Source: a virus. From it: a stretch of 64,000 nucleotides of DNA. Within the stretch, counting starts at the first letter, position 1; the number at the start of each line of letters is the position of its first letter. Where the stretch lies: the IMG/VR virus record IMGVR_UViG_3300012351_000008, positions 1 to 64,000 of that record. One strand, 5' to 3'. The notes beneath the pieces are model-generated. The model did no database searches. It was given only the letters and a program-made list of their open reading frames with translations, and had not been told where the DNA came from. The position numbers were made by a program, and so were the translations under genes. Below, piece after piece: positions 20,481 to 29,509 of this stretch.

Positions 20481-21440
20481 ATGCAAGACATCGTAATTTA
20501 TCAAACAAAAGAGGTTATGACGCTAGATCAATGTATTCTAGCCTGGATTGCCGCCAAGAAAGGGAGATCAAACAGTAGCAAGACAGAAAAAGCCTATCGA
20601 GAAACACTTGGACAGTTTCGTTTGCTGTTGCAGGGGTATAAACGTGATCTCGATAGTGATCCTGGTATTATTGCGCCGCTGGCCCAGGGGTGGGCAGAGC
20701 AGACCACCAGTACACGACGTACTGAGGTGACACCTGCAACGTATAACCAGCGTCTAGCAATTCTCTCAAGCTTCTATGAGTATGCGATCAAAAATGAAGT
20801 GCTGCAGCGTAACCCGATTGAACGTGTAGAGCGGCGTAATCCAAACAAACAATATCAAGCCAAACAAATTGATACCAAGAAAGTTAAAACCGGCCTGGCT
20901 GCCATTGATCGCTCTACAGATGAAGGTAAGCGGGATTATGCAATCCTGAGTATTATGCTGGCAACTGGAAAGCGTGTGTCAGAAATTGCCAATATTCTTT
21001 ATGGGGATATCCAAAAGCAGGGTGATACTGTGCTTCTCTCCTGGCCTCGATGTAAGGGAAACAAAAAACTTGATCCTGACGTGCTGAAAGAAAAGACAAC
21101 GAGGGTTCTATACGAATATCTCCATATGTCTTATGGCTCAAAACTTGGACATTTGGCAAATGATGCGCCGATCTGGCTTTCCTTCTCAGATCGCAATAAA
21201 GGAAAGCAGATAGGAGCACGAACAATCCAGCGAATCTGCGAGACATATCTTGGTACGTCAAAAGCGCACGCGACTAGACACACCTGGGCCGTTGCTATGA
21301 TGAACCAGAATGCTACCCTTGCTCAAATTGGGCGCGGGCTCGGACACTCCAATTTGAAAACAACCTCAGACTACCTTGAAGAGTTGAGCGCCTATGAGAA
21401 TCCGTATGCAAGCGCGTTAGAAGATATGTTTGGGATATAG
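20481..21440 (+). CDS. Tyrosine recombinase (XerC/D-like integrase or resolvase)
   Basis: TGKRVSE, KG, HATRH, LGH, TT.DY catalytic residues; N-terminal SAM-like domain. Confidence 0.92.
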   Translation: MQDIVIYQTKEVMTLDQCILAWIAAKKGRSNSSKTEKAYRETLGQFRLLLQGYKRDLDSDPGIIAPLAQGWAEQTTSTRRTEVTPATYNQRLAILSSFYEYAIKNEVLQRNPIERVERRNPNKQYQAKQIDTKKVKTGLAAIDRSTDEGKRDYAILSIMLATGKRVSEIANILYGDIQKQGDTVLLSWPRCKGNKKLDPDVLKEKTTRVLYEYLHMSYGSKLGHLANDAPIWLSFSDRNKGKQIGARTIQRICETYLGTSKAHATRHTWAVAMMNQNATLAQIGRGLGHSNLKTTSDYLEELSAYENPYASALEDMFGI

Positions 21441-21452
21441 GGAGATGAAGAG

Positions 21453-21737
21453 ATGACAAAGTGCCTTGAACAATTACCCCTCTTTGGGCGATTGGAACTT
21501 TCTGATGATGGGAAGCAACTCCTTCTTGATGGCATACTGCTTGCTCCAGATCAGGTGATTACGTATCACTGCAAGAATGGAAGCGAGCAAGTACCAGCAC
21601 GGGTCACCTATGATAGCCGGTACGGCTGGTATCTTCGCTTTGAAGAGTTTCTAGGTCATACATATCTTAATAGACCACTCACTCACAAGAGTATTCAGTA
21701 TATAGTTGCGAGTAGTCAAGGAGAAAATAGCTTATGA
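21453..21737 (+). CDS. Hypothetical protein
   Basis: GGAG RBS; QLPLF near the N-terminus. Confidence 0.55.
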   Translation: MTKCLEQLPLFGRLELSDDGKQLLLDGILLAPDQVITYHCKNGSEQVPARVTYDSRYGWYLRFEEFLGHTYLNRPLTHKSIQYIVASSQGENSL

Positions 21738-21997
21738 GCCAACCGACTACAAACCCACGCCTACTAGAACAACGCAATGGCATATCCTTTGTTCAATGTT
21801 TGCAGATGTGCCTCCAACAACGCGATCTGGTCACCGAGTGGCAACGGCTCTCAGGCAAGAAGCTCGTAGCCAGCAGCCCTCTAGACCGCATGATTGACGA
21901 GGCCACCGGCTACGACATGGCGATCATGCAAGAGTTTGCTGATTTTGTCTATGAATTTGTATGGCAGTCATTTGGATTGGAGGAAGTAAAGCCATGA
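21734..21997 (+). CDS. Hypothetical protein
   Basis: ATGA coupling. Confidence 0.6.
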   Translation: MSQPTTNPRLLEQRNGISFVQCLQMCLQQRDLVTEWQRLSGKKLVASSPLDRMIDEATGYDMAIMQEFADFVYEFVWQSFGLEEVKP

Positions 21998-22458
21998 GTG
22001 AGTACGAAACACTCGATCTGGACGAAGAGGAAGAAGAAGAAACCGATGAAGGGTGGCAAGAATACTGGCTTGTGGTTGGAGGCGTGAGCAAGAAATCTGA
22101 ACAGGCTATTGAATCAGTCGATGGCAAAGTCTTACGTATGACAGCATCCACTCGTGGCTACACACGACAACTTCAGGAGACAAGAATCAATACTTATTAC
22201 CCTGGGGTTCCTCCTATCTATGCCGTGTGCCTGCTCTACCTTCCAGACGATGATGATCAGGGATTCAGTTTCTTTACCGATGATGGAGAGAAGGCCCGTC
22301 ATTTTTTCATTGCCTCTGCTGATGAGCACCATGATCTGTATATCTATTGCGACGATGGTTCTATTCCACGATTTGAATCAGATACAACGCAGCTCCGCTT
22401 AGTTACCGAGGAAGAATGGTTTGCTATTGCAGACGCGAAGGGGGAAAGTAAGTCATGA
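21994..22458 (+). CDS. Acidic hypothetical protein
   Basis: GGAGG RBS, ATGA coupling. Confidence 0.6.
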   Translation: MSEYETLDLDEEEEEETDEGWQEYWLVVGGVSKKSEQAIESVDGKVLRMTASTRGYTRQLQETRINTYYPGVPPIYAVCLLYLPDDDDQGFSFFTDDGEKARHFFIASADEHHDLYIYCDDGSIPRFESDTTQLRLVTEEEWFAIADAKGESKS

Positions 22459-22739
22459 GTGAGAGGTTTCAAGCTCTATCAGATGGCTATAGCTGGAAAG
22501 TCATTGACACCGAAATCACACATTTTATCCGTGGGCGCGGACATGTCGTCCATCACGTCCAGTGGTGCCAGGATGAGCAAGAAGCGTGCAGCATCGCTGA
22601 TAACCTTAATAAGACACGAGGGCACGCAGCTAACGAACCGAAATGTTGTGTTTGCGGCTCGCAACCTGCCGGGCCTGCCGGTGAAGAGAATCCGCGTTGT
22701 GGCCCCTGCTGGTCCAAATTGGCAGACATGCATGGATAG
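22455..22739 (+). CDS. Hypothetical protein with C-terminal CxxC pair
   Basis: Coupled ORF. Confidence 0.55.
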   Translation: MSERFQALSDGYSWKVIDTEITHFIRGRGHVVHHVQWCQDEQEACSIADNLNKTRGHAANEPKCCVCGSQPAGPAGEENPRCGPCWSKLADMHG

Positions 22740-22953
22740 AGAAACGATGAGGCAAGAACTACAAACCCGTCTCTGGCAACACGACAACCTCTGGCGCATT
22801 CAGTCCCTTCGCCAACTACAGGACCGTCACGGCACGCTGCAAGATGCCTGGGAGAGCCGCCGTGACGAGGATGGGCACGTTCTGTTCTTCGAGACGGAGG
22901 AGCAGGCCAGGGAGCATATGGACAGTGAAGCAAAGAAAGTTGAGGAAGAATAA
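22732..22953 (+). CDS. Hypothetical protein
   Basis: Coupled ORF. Confidence 0.5.
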   Translation: MDRETMRQELQTRLWQHDNLWRIQSLRQLQDRHGTLQDAWESRRDEDGHVLFFETEEQAREHMDSEAKKVEEE

Positions 22954-23228
22954 TGGAAGACGAAATAGCATCACGTGACCTACCAGATGGACGCCGGGCC
23001 TATATCATCCACTTAACCTATGGTCGGGCCCGTATCTGCATTGCTAACAAATATTGTCCCATGAGCATCGACAACTCGTATTGATATGCTACTCCTGAGC
23101 TTGCAGTTAGCAAGTTAAACGAGTGGGACGTTGAAAAAGAAGCAGAACCCGATGGCTGGTTCCGTAGCCCCAATACTGGCAGGCGAAGACCAGATGGTGA
23201 CGCGAGCAAAGAATATATCTCATGGTGA
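22953..23228 (+). CDS. Putative selenoprotein (91 aa, in-frame UGA at codon 44)
   Basis: TAATG coupling and GAGGA RBS; ...SIDNSY-U-YATPELAVSKLNEWDVEKEAEPDGWFRSPNTGRRRPDGDASKEYISW*; SECIS-like hairpin after the UGA. Confidence 0.7.
23089..23126 (+). promoter_or_regulatory. Bacterial SECIS-like hairpin
   Basis: Lower stem CTACTC/GAGTGG, upper stem AGCTTGC/GCAAGTT, loop AGTTA starting 20 nt after UGA 23082-23084. Confidence 0.65.
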
Positions 23229-23239
23229 TCGCTAGTACA

Positions 23240-23280
23240 ATAAAGGTGCCCGTATGTCTCCCCAGACCCGGCACCTTTAT
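23240..23280. terminator. Bidirectional terminator-like hairpin
   Basis: ATAAAGGTGCC/GGCACCTTTAT. Confidence 0.7.
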
Positions 23281-23548
23281 CGCTGCTATTGCCAACTGAG
23301 AGGACAATTTAGCTCTATTGCTCAGATAATACAGCCTATCGAGCAACGATGTATACACTATAGATGAATCATCGACACTTGTCTATAGAGGTTCATTGAA
23401 CGCAAAAGCACCAGGCCAACAATCCGCTTTCTGGTTGTGCTATGAAATTTAATTAACATGCACAGAATCGTTGCCCTGGTGCCTTCGCTTGAGTGGGATA
23501 CCTTACTGCCTGGCAAATTCTCAAAATGTGTACCCTCTTTGGATACCG
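23240..23548 (-). ncRNA. Putative structured ncRNA (about 300 nt)
   Basis: Extended -10 TGGTATAAT (23562-23554); long hairpin 23488-23402 whose G-U pairs form only on the minus strand; ends at the terminator. Confidence 0.45.
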
Positions 23549-23928
23549 CAGCCATTATACCAGTTACCCACACTCTTGTATAGCCACATTGCATAGCATC
23601 ATGCTATCACCACGAATCACGCACATTCACGGTCCTGCACTGCTTTCTCGTCGTGGCAGGGCTTTTTGTGTTGCTTTAGTACTACGTATGACTAACCCAT
23701 GCAACGACGTGAATTCTCTCTACAGGCTGATTCACTTGATTTTATCTCATCAGTAATGTTATAACTTGTATGGTTGTTCTAAATACATTTGTACGGTTGT
23801 ATTATCAAGACCGTTTGAGGTTCCTCGATAGCGATAGAGGAATAACTATTGTTAGGTGATTGATACGGTTTGGAACATGTGCGCCTGAAGAGTAAGTGGT
23901 AGACACATTTTCACGAAAGGGAAACATC

Positions 23929-24111
23929 ATGACGCAACGTAACCAGTACACACAATTGTCTTTCTGGCAAGAACCAGAACAGCAGTCCTTGTGGACAGAT
24001 GAAGAATTGGACAACTTACCTGTAGAGTGGCCCATGAAACCGTTGGCAGAAGTGCGGCAGATCGTACAATTGGAGTTGCCGTTTGAGTATGAGGATGAAA
24101 CTGTAGGGTAA
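23929..24111 (+). CDS. 60-aa acidic peptide with repeated clamp-binding-like motifs
   Basis: QLSFW, QQSLW, QLELPF; RBS upstream and terminator downstream. Confidence 0.55.
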   Translation: MTQRNQYTQLSFWQEPEQQSLWTDEELDNLPVEWPMKPLAEVRQIVQLELPFEYEDETVG

Positions 24112-24112
24112 A

Positions 24113-24150
24113 AAAAGAGCCTACCCTTCTTGTTGGGTAGGCATTTATTT
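24113..24150. terminator. Bidirectional terminator
   Basis: GCCTACCC/GGGTAGGC flanked by A and T runs. Confidence 0.7.
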
Positions 24151-24167
24151 TGCTTTAACTGGGTGGC

Positions 24168-24671
24168 TTAGGCTGATATATCATCTCTTTCAGTCCACTC
24201 GTCAAAAGTTGGCGTTCCAATCAGCGTACACCCTCGGAAATACCCAAAGAGATGACCGATACTGAACTCAATAGGCATATCTCTTCCTTGCAGCATCACC
24301 ACGTCTGTAGCTGTACTCACAAAAGCGTTAATAATGTGTTGCTCAGTAAAGGACTGCTCTCCGTAGTCTGATTCTTCATACGCTGCAACCATGCCATAAA
24401 AGTAACCGCTAACGAAGTCCTCGCTCGCTACCAGTACGCCGGGAACCTCTTCAGTGATGATGTGAGGCCTGGCTATTCCATCATCACCAACAACCAGGCC
24501 AGTGTTAATCGTCATGGCATGTGGGTTGCCAAGTACCATTTGTGGCTCAGATCGCTTCTCAGGTGGGAAGGCCTCGCCAGCCGCGATGTTGCGACGTTGC
24601 AGAGGTGTATATTCGAGGATACAATACTTGTTGTCGGTGTCTAACCTTCGTGGAAGTGGAGAGTGATTCAT
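24168..24671 (-). CDS. Hypothetical protein
   Basis: AAGGAG RBS. Confidence 0.6.
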   Translation of the reverse strand: MNHSPLPRRLDTDNKYCILEYTPLQRRNIAAGEAFPPEKRSEPQMVLGNPHAMTINTGLVVGDDGIARPHIITEEVPGVLVASEDFVSGYFYGMVAAYEESDYGEQSFTEQHIINAFVSTATDVVMLQGRDMPIEFSIGHLFGYFRGCTLIGTPTFDEWTERDDISA

Positions 24672-24760
24672 GGTAAGATACTCCTTGGAAATAGATGTAG
24701 TCCCTCGGTTCCAAGCTTAGGACTACCTACTGGCGGCGACTCGTAAAGGGTCGCCATTTT

Positions 24761-24982
24761 TTAGTCTTTAACGTACAAATTTTCGACGTTTTCCAAAGTG
24801 AGCTTTTCGCCAAGCTTTTCACTAAGCGTATTTAACACTTTGTAAGCGAACAGAGTAGACACTGCGTTCTTTTCCTTCCCACTCTCCAACCGATTTACGG
24901 TTGATATGGACACTCCGGCGTTGCTAGCCAGATCAAACACAGACCATCCTGCTCTTTTTCGTAATTCTTTCAAATTAGACAT
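24761..24982 (-). CDS. XRE/Cro-like HTH regulator
   Basis: LKELRKRAGWSVFDLASNAGVSISTVNRLESG. Confidence 0.85.
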   Translation of the reverse strand: MSNLKELRKRAGWSVFDLASNAGVSISTVNRLESGKEKNAVSTLFAYKVLNTLSEKLGEKLTLENVENLYVKD

Positions 24983-25101
24983 GCGAATATCTCCTTTTTT
25001 AATTTGAAATATCTGTGGCATGCCTATGGTATCTACCGAGTACGACACTGTCAATAAATGCTCCCTTATGTTCCTATGTCAGATATATCTGTGATACACC
25101 A

Positions 25102-25130
25102 TTGACAAAACGAAGTATAACAGGTATAAT
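25102..25130 (+). promoter_or_regulatory. Consensus sigma70 promoter
   Basis: TTGACA-17-TATAAT. Confidence 0.8.
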
Positions 25131-25267
25131 TGTGATTGTCAAGATGTATCTCTGATATGTCTGAAGATCAGCCGAAATAAAGCCTTAGTTTCCACAACTA
25201 AGGCCCTAGCTCAAGTGATGAAGCCCTCGGTCTGCAAAACCAAAGCTTCATCTAGGAGAATTCTATC

Positions 25268-25657
25268 ATGCAAAAGATTGTTAATCAAGCAGCAACCGGG
25301 CAACCTGCAGTAACCAGAATCGTCAGCATCGAACCCTTCATCCCTCGCAGTTACCACGTCCTACTGGTAGAGATGGACACCACAGAGAAGCATGTAATTG
25401 TTTCCTCGCCCGATGTACTCAACCTGAAAGTTTGCTACGTTCACTGTATGACCAAAGAAGTCAAGCACGCCACTGTATTTCACCTGACAGGGCCTATCAC
25501 AATTCATCTCCTCTCAGCCAAAAAGTTTCCCGGCTATTACTACGTGTGCAAGTGGTCAGAGCGCCATCACCGTTATGCCTGTAGCTCTCTAGAGGGTAAA
25601 CAATGCGGTTTCTGCTCTCACATTGATGAATTGGCACAACTTCATCCTGTAGCTTAG
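25268..25657 (+). CDS. Hypothetical protein with a degenerate SWIM-like motif
   Basis: YYYV...YACSS...FCSHI; AGGAG RBS. Confidence 0.5.
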   Translation: MQKIVNQAATGQPAVTRIVSIEPFIPRSYHVLLVEMDTTEKHVIVSSPDVLNLKVCYVHCMTKEVKHATVFHLTGPITIHLLSAKKFPGYYYVCKWSERHHRYACSSLEGKQCGFCSHIDELAQLHPVA

Positions 25658-25724
25658 TTTTCCATGGCTGGTACAAACGATGTACCAGCCCTCTTTGTAT
25701 TTTTGAGATAGACGAGGTGTTGTT

Positions 25725-26750
25725 ATGGAAAGTGCAATTATCCCCACGCAGGAACAACTCATCAAGTTCTTTGAGCGTTGCCCCAATATCATCCTCTATG
25801 GGTTCCCCCACGGGGCGGTACAAGACCGATGGGCATTGCTCGCCCTGGTAAGTTACTGTCATGTTGGGATGCATCCCAATTGGACCCTAGACGAGCTAGA
25901 AGGCCCATATAAGTTGTCACTAAGAGAGATAGCCACGATCACTGGGATTGACCATACAGCACTGCGTAAGAGGGCAGGCAAGGACAAGCGAGATGGTGCA
26001 CTAGATCGCTTGCAGCAGTTAGGATATGTCACAATCCTTGACGCCCGACCCATTGATTTCATCAATGGGCAACCCACAGGAAAGCCGCAAACGTACCTCT
26101 ACATTCATCTTAGAAAGCTCTGGGAGGACAATCTTACCTTCAGTGAGACACACCGTATGCCGATGGGGAGGCCCGTGAATCCTCGTGATATTGAAATCGT
26201 TGTGAGTGCCGGTGTTGACGTGGTCAACACACAAAGTACCCCTTCCACTGTTGACCAGGGCAACACCTATGTTGACGACAACAACACACCCGTTGACCAC
26301 GTCAACAAGAACGTTGACAGGGGCAACAACCGTGTTGACGACGCACGCTCAAACTCTGCACAAGACTATATAAGACCTATAAGACAAATAAAAGAAAAAG
26401 AAAGACCGTCTCCAGTTTTTGAAATTGAAGATCAGGAACCGGAACCACCACAGAGGGAAGAGTTATCCTTTTCCTTCAAAGCTGACATCACAAGAACATC
26501 TAACGCATTCGGTGAGGCTCATCTAAGCAAAGACACTAGAGAGGCAATCACGCAGATATACAACGAGGAGAAGGGTCATATTGATATGGCTATGTTTCGG
26601 ATAAAGTACGATACAGCAAAAGAAGAGACAAATAGAGCAACATTAGAGCAAGTACAACAATTAGGTTTTTCAGATAAAAGTTCTTATTTGCTACATTGTC
26701 TTCATAAGAAATGCAAACTATTTCATACGTCTATCAACGTATCAGCATGA
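25725..26750 (+). CDS. Replication initiator-like HTH protein (Rep2)
   Basis: LSLREIATITG HTH, internal iterons, followed by a DnaC-like ATPase. Confidence 0.75.
   Translation: MESAIIPTQEQLIKFFERCPNIILYGFPHGAVQDRWALLALVSYCHVGMHPNWTLDELEGPYKLSLREIATITGIDHTALRKRAGKDKRDGALDRLQQLGYVTILDARPIDFINGQPTGKPQTYLYIHLRKLWEDNLTFSETHRMPMGRPVNPRDIEIVVSAGVDVVNTQSTPSTVDQGNTYVDDNNTPVDHVNKNVDRGNNRVDDARSNSAQDYIRPIRQIKEKERPSPVFEIEDQEPEPPQREELSFSFKADITRTSNAFGEAHLSKDTREAITQIYNEEKGHIDMAMFRIKYDTAKEETNRATLEQVQQLGFSDKSSYLLHCLHKKCKLFHTSINVSA
26214..26348. repeat. Iterons in Rep2 (putative origin)
   Basis: GTTGAC-N3-(GT)CAAC at 26214, 26250, 26271, 26292, 26313 and 26334 (last five at 21-bp period); A-rich tract follows. 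Confidence 0.8.
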
Positions 26751-26763
26751 AAGGTAAGGAAAG

Positions 26764-27612
26764 ATGAGACGGAGACAGAAACTCATTGTAGGCAGGAAAC
26801 AACCGCCTAAGAACACGCACGCCGTCAGAAACGAACAGCGTATTCAAGAGTTGCGAACCATGTCCTATCAGGAATACCTACAAACGCCAGAGTGGGCAGC
26901 CAAACGCCAGCAAATCTTAATACGAGATGAGCACCGATGCCGAGTGTGCAATGGCGGTGAGCAATTAAATGTGCACCATCGCACTTACGAGAGACGTGGA
27001 GACGAAGATTTAAACGACCTGACCACGTTATGCCAGCCCTGCCATGAGTACTTTCATAACCGAAAAGAGCAGGTATCACTTGAACAATTCATAGACCCAT
27101 TCAGACGTAACAGTTTTAGAACGTTCAATCCGCGCGTCCCCGGTGTGCAAGAAGCATTTCAGGAATGCGCTGAGTACGCCCGTGACCCGGACGGCTGGTT
27201 ACTCCTGGTAGGGCCATCCGGTTGTGGTAAAACACACTTAGCAACGGCTATAGCCAAGCAGTGCAAAGAAAGAGGAGCGAGTGTATTAAGTTATTCTGTC
27301 CCTGATCTCTTAGATTTCTTGCGCTCAACATCTACCTACTATGAAACATTCAAGCAGATAAAAGAGGTTGAAGTACTGGTATTAGACGACCTGGGAATGC
27401 AACAAGGTTCACCGTGGGTAACAGAAAAGCTTTTCCAACTTTTTAATCATCGTTACATTTCAGGTTTGCCAACGATTATTATAGCTAGCATTAAAGGATT
27501 GCAAGAACTTGACGAGCGTATTCGCTCCCGCCTCTCCGACAATAGCTTAGTAACGCCGATCATTTTCGAAGATACGCGTGATTATCGGCCCAATCACCCA
27601 CAGCGAGACTAA
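26764..27612 (+). CDS. HNH-like domain fused to a DnaC/IstB-like ATPase (helicase loader)
   Basis: CRVC...VHHRTY...LTTLCQPCH; GPSGCGKT Walker A, LVLDDLG Walker B, RIRSRL. Confidence 0.85.
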   Translation: MRRRQKLIVGRKQPPKNTHAVRNEQRIQELRTMSYQEYLQTPEWAAKRQQILIRDEHRCRVCNGGEQLNVHHRTYERRGDEDLNDLTTLCQPCHEYFHNRKEQVSLEQFIDPFRRNSFRTFNPRVPGVQEAFQECAEYARDPDGWLLLVGPSGCGKTHLATAIAKQCKERGASVLSYSVPDLLDFLRSTSTYYETFKQIKEVEVLVLDDLGMQQGSPWVTEKLFQLFNHRYISGLPTIIIASIKGLQELDERIRSRLSDNSLVTPIIFEDTRDYRPNHPQRD

Positions 27613-27625
27613 AAGGGTGCTCCAT

Positions 27626-29124
27626 ATGCCAGGACCGACAGAAACGCCAGAGCCAGCACAAGCCATTCACCGCGAACATGCGTCGTTGCCAGTGGATATG
27701 CAAATGTGGATGGTTGACACAGCAAGTGAGTTTGGGGAGGATGAGACTGTGTGTGTGAATGAGTTGGTATGGTGTTTCCAGCATACCGGATGTACCGAGG
27801 AGGAGTTCTATAGTAAACTGATTCACGCGTATGGCATAACTGAGAGAAGTAAACGTATGGATATGTTATTCGCAGAGTTCAAGCAATCATTGTTACTGGT
27901 GGTTGACGCCGTGATGGTGTCCTGAGAGGTGAAAGCATGAATTGGGGTCACATTATCGACCTAATGACGGGCAATATTGAAGCGCTAGCGTTTAACCGGC
28001 AACAAGAGGCGAACACATGGGAGCCGATGATCTTAGCTGAAATGGACCCACCATCCAGCCCTGATGGAAAGATGCGTATCAAATTTGTGCCAAATCGGTG
28101 CAGTCCAGCCTTTCCCGGTGATATGACCTACTACTGGACGAGGGAAGAACTGCTGAAGCGTACACGAAAAGTAGCAGAGACAACGATAGCAGAGGTGAAA
28201 GAGTGAGTCAGGAAGTCAATTCAATTGAAGAACTTATAGCAGCAGGGACCAGTGAATTACAAATGCTGGCTGATGCGGGTAACACAGTCGCGCAACGTTG
28301 GCTATGGGCTATACGGAACCAGCCCATAACGCCGATGAAACTCAAAGCGTTTGGTGAGATGCGTGTTGCGCTGATGGGTGATGAAAGTGCAGAGGCGAGG
28401 CAAGTATACGAGGCATTATGGCCGAAAGAGGAGAGTGAACAGTGAGCGAACAAGAAAAGAAGCCAACTACTCACATAGAAGTTACTGAAGAACAAAAAAT
28501 AAAATTGCGTGGTTATCTCAAGTTGATGGATGAGGCCGAACGAACTGGTAGGGACTTCAATCTCTTTGATTATCTTTTTCATGACGATATGTGTTCTGTT
28601 GGCCCGTTTCCGATTTTATCGCAAGAGGGTGATAGAGGGACGTATCGTTGTGAAGCCTGTGGTGCGACTTTCATTCGTCGTGTGAGTGTCGCTGAGAAAG
28701 ATTGGAAACACTATCTGCCAGGGCACGAACCGGAGAAAGAAGGATGGTGAGCGAGCAAGAACGCTTTATGCTTGATGTGTTACGCCTCTTCTCGCTGGAC
28801 GAGACAGATTGCTATAGTATGCTGTTCTGGCGCTGTAAGGAGGCTGGTGGTGTCGAGTTCTTTGTAATTGTCAACGACGTGTTCTGGTGGGCTACAGCCG
28901 ATCTAGAACCAATTATGCCAAAGGACTTGCCAGTGATACGTCAAGCCATAGAGGATGTGCGTAGAGTAGCAGGCAGTAACGCTGGTATGTGCGAAGCATT
29001 TGAATTGTGGGCTGCAAGGAAACGCAAGATGCGACCACAGCAGCCAGCATATCCACAGGATGAGCGATTGAGGGCGCTGTTCGATGAGTGCGGACCTGAG
29101 AGAGCGCCAACTGAAGAGGGGTGA
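27626..29124 (+). other. Five small hypothetical ORFs (27626-27925, 27937-28206, 28203-28445, 28442-28750, 28747-29124)
   Basis: RBS and GTGA overlaps. Confidence 0.55.
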
Positions 29125-29266
29125 ATCGAAAAATCGGCGTCCCTGCTGCCATCAGGCAACCAGGAAGCGCCGAATGTTTGTGTGTCCAGCGCGATGCTTG
29201 TAGGCAGACAAGCGCTGCTTTGTAAACATTACATGTACAGTGTAGCGCTGTAATGAAATCCAAGGC

Positions 29267-29497
29267 TCACGCTGGAGGGCCACTCGCATTCGTTGGTGGC
29301 AATTGCCGGGCCTGTGGTGGTGCTGACCCTGGTTGCCATTTAAAAGCGCCTCCAATAAACCAAAAAGCGATAACTGGCGAGACGATAGCCAGGGCATCGC
29401 TCACGTTGACATGGGCAATGATGATGAGTACGGTTGCCATTGCGAGAACGGCGAGTGTGATAATAAGTGCGGGTAGTTCTTGGATGAATGAGTCCAT
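29267..29497 (-). CDS. Holin-like two-TM protein
   Basis: Two hydrophobic segments, directly after the endolysin. Confidence 0.6.
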   Translation of the reverse strand: MDSFIQELPALIITLAVLAMATVLIIIAHVNVSDALAIVSPVIAFWFIGGAFKWQPGSAPPQARQLPPTNASGPPA

Positions 29498-29509
29498 GAT
29501 GTCTCCTCT

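Noticed and set aside
23240-23700. Possible tRNA-Sec next to the UGA gene
   Set aside because: No cloverleaf or UCA anticodon arm found by eye. No tRNA was recognised elsewhere either, but a tRNA scan was not run.
26214-26348. CRISPR-like array
   Set aside because: 21-bp period with no spacer-length unique sequence, inside a coding gene, and no cas genes; better explained as iterons.
29130-29260. Cluster of hairpins between convergent operons as an ncRNA
   Set aside because: Adequately explained as a terminator plus 3' UTR; no promoter seen.
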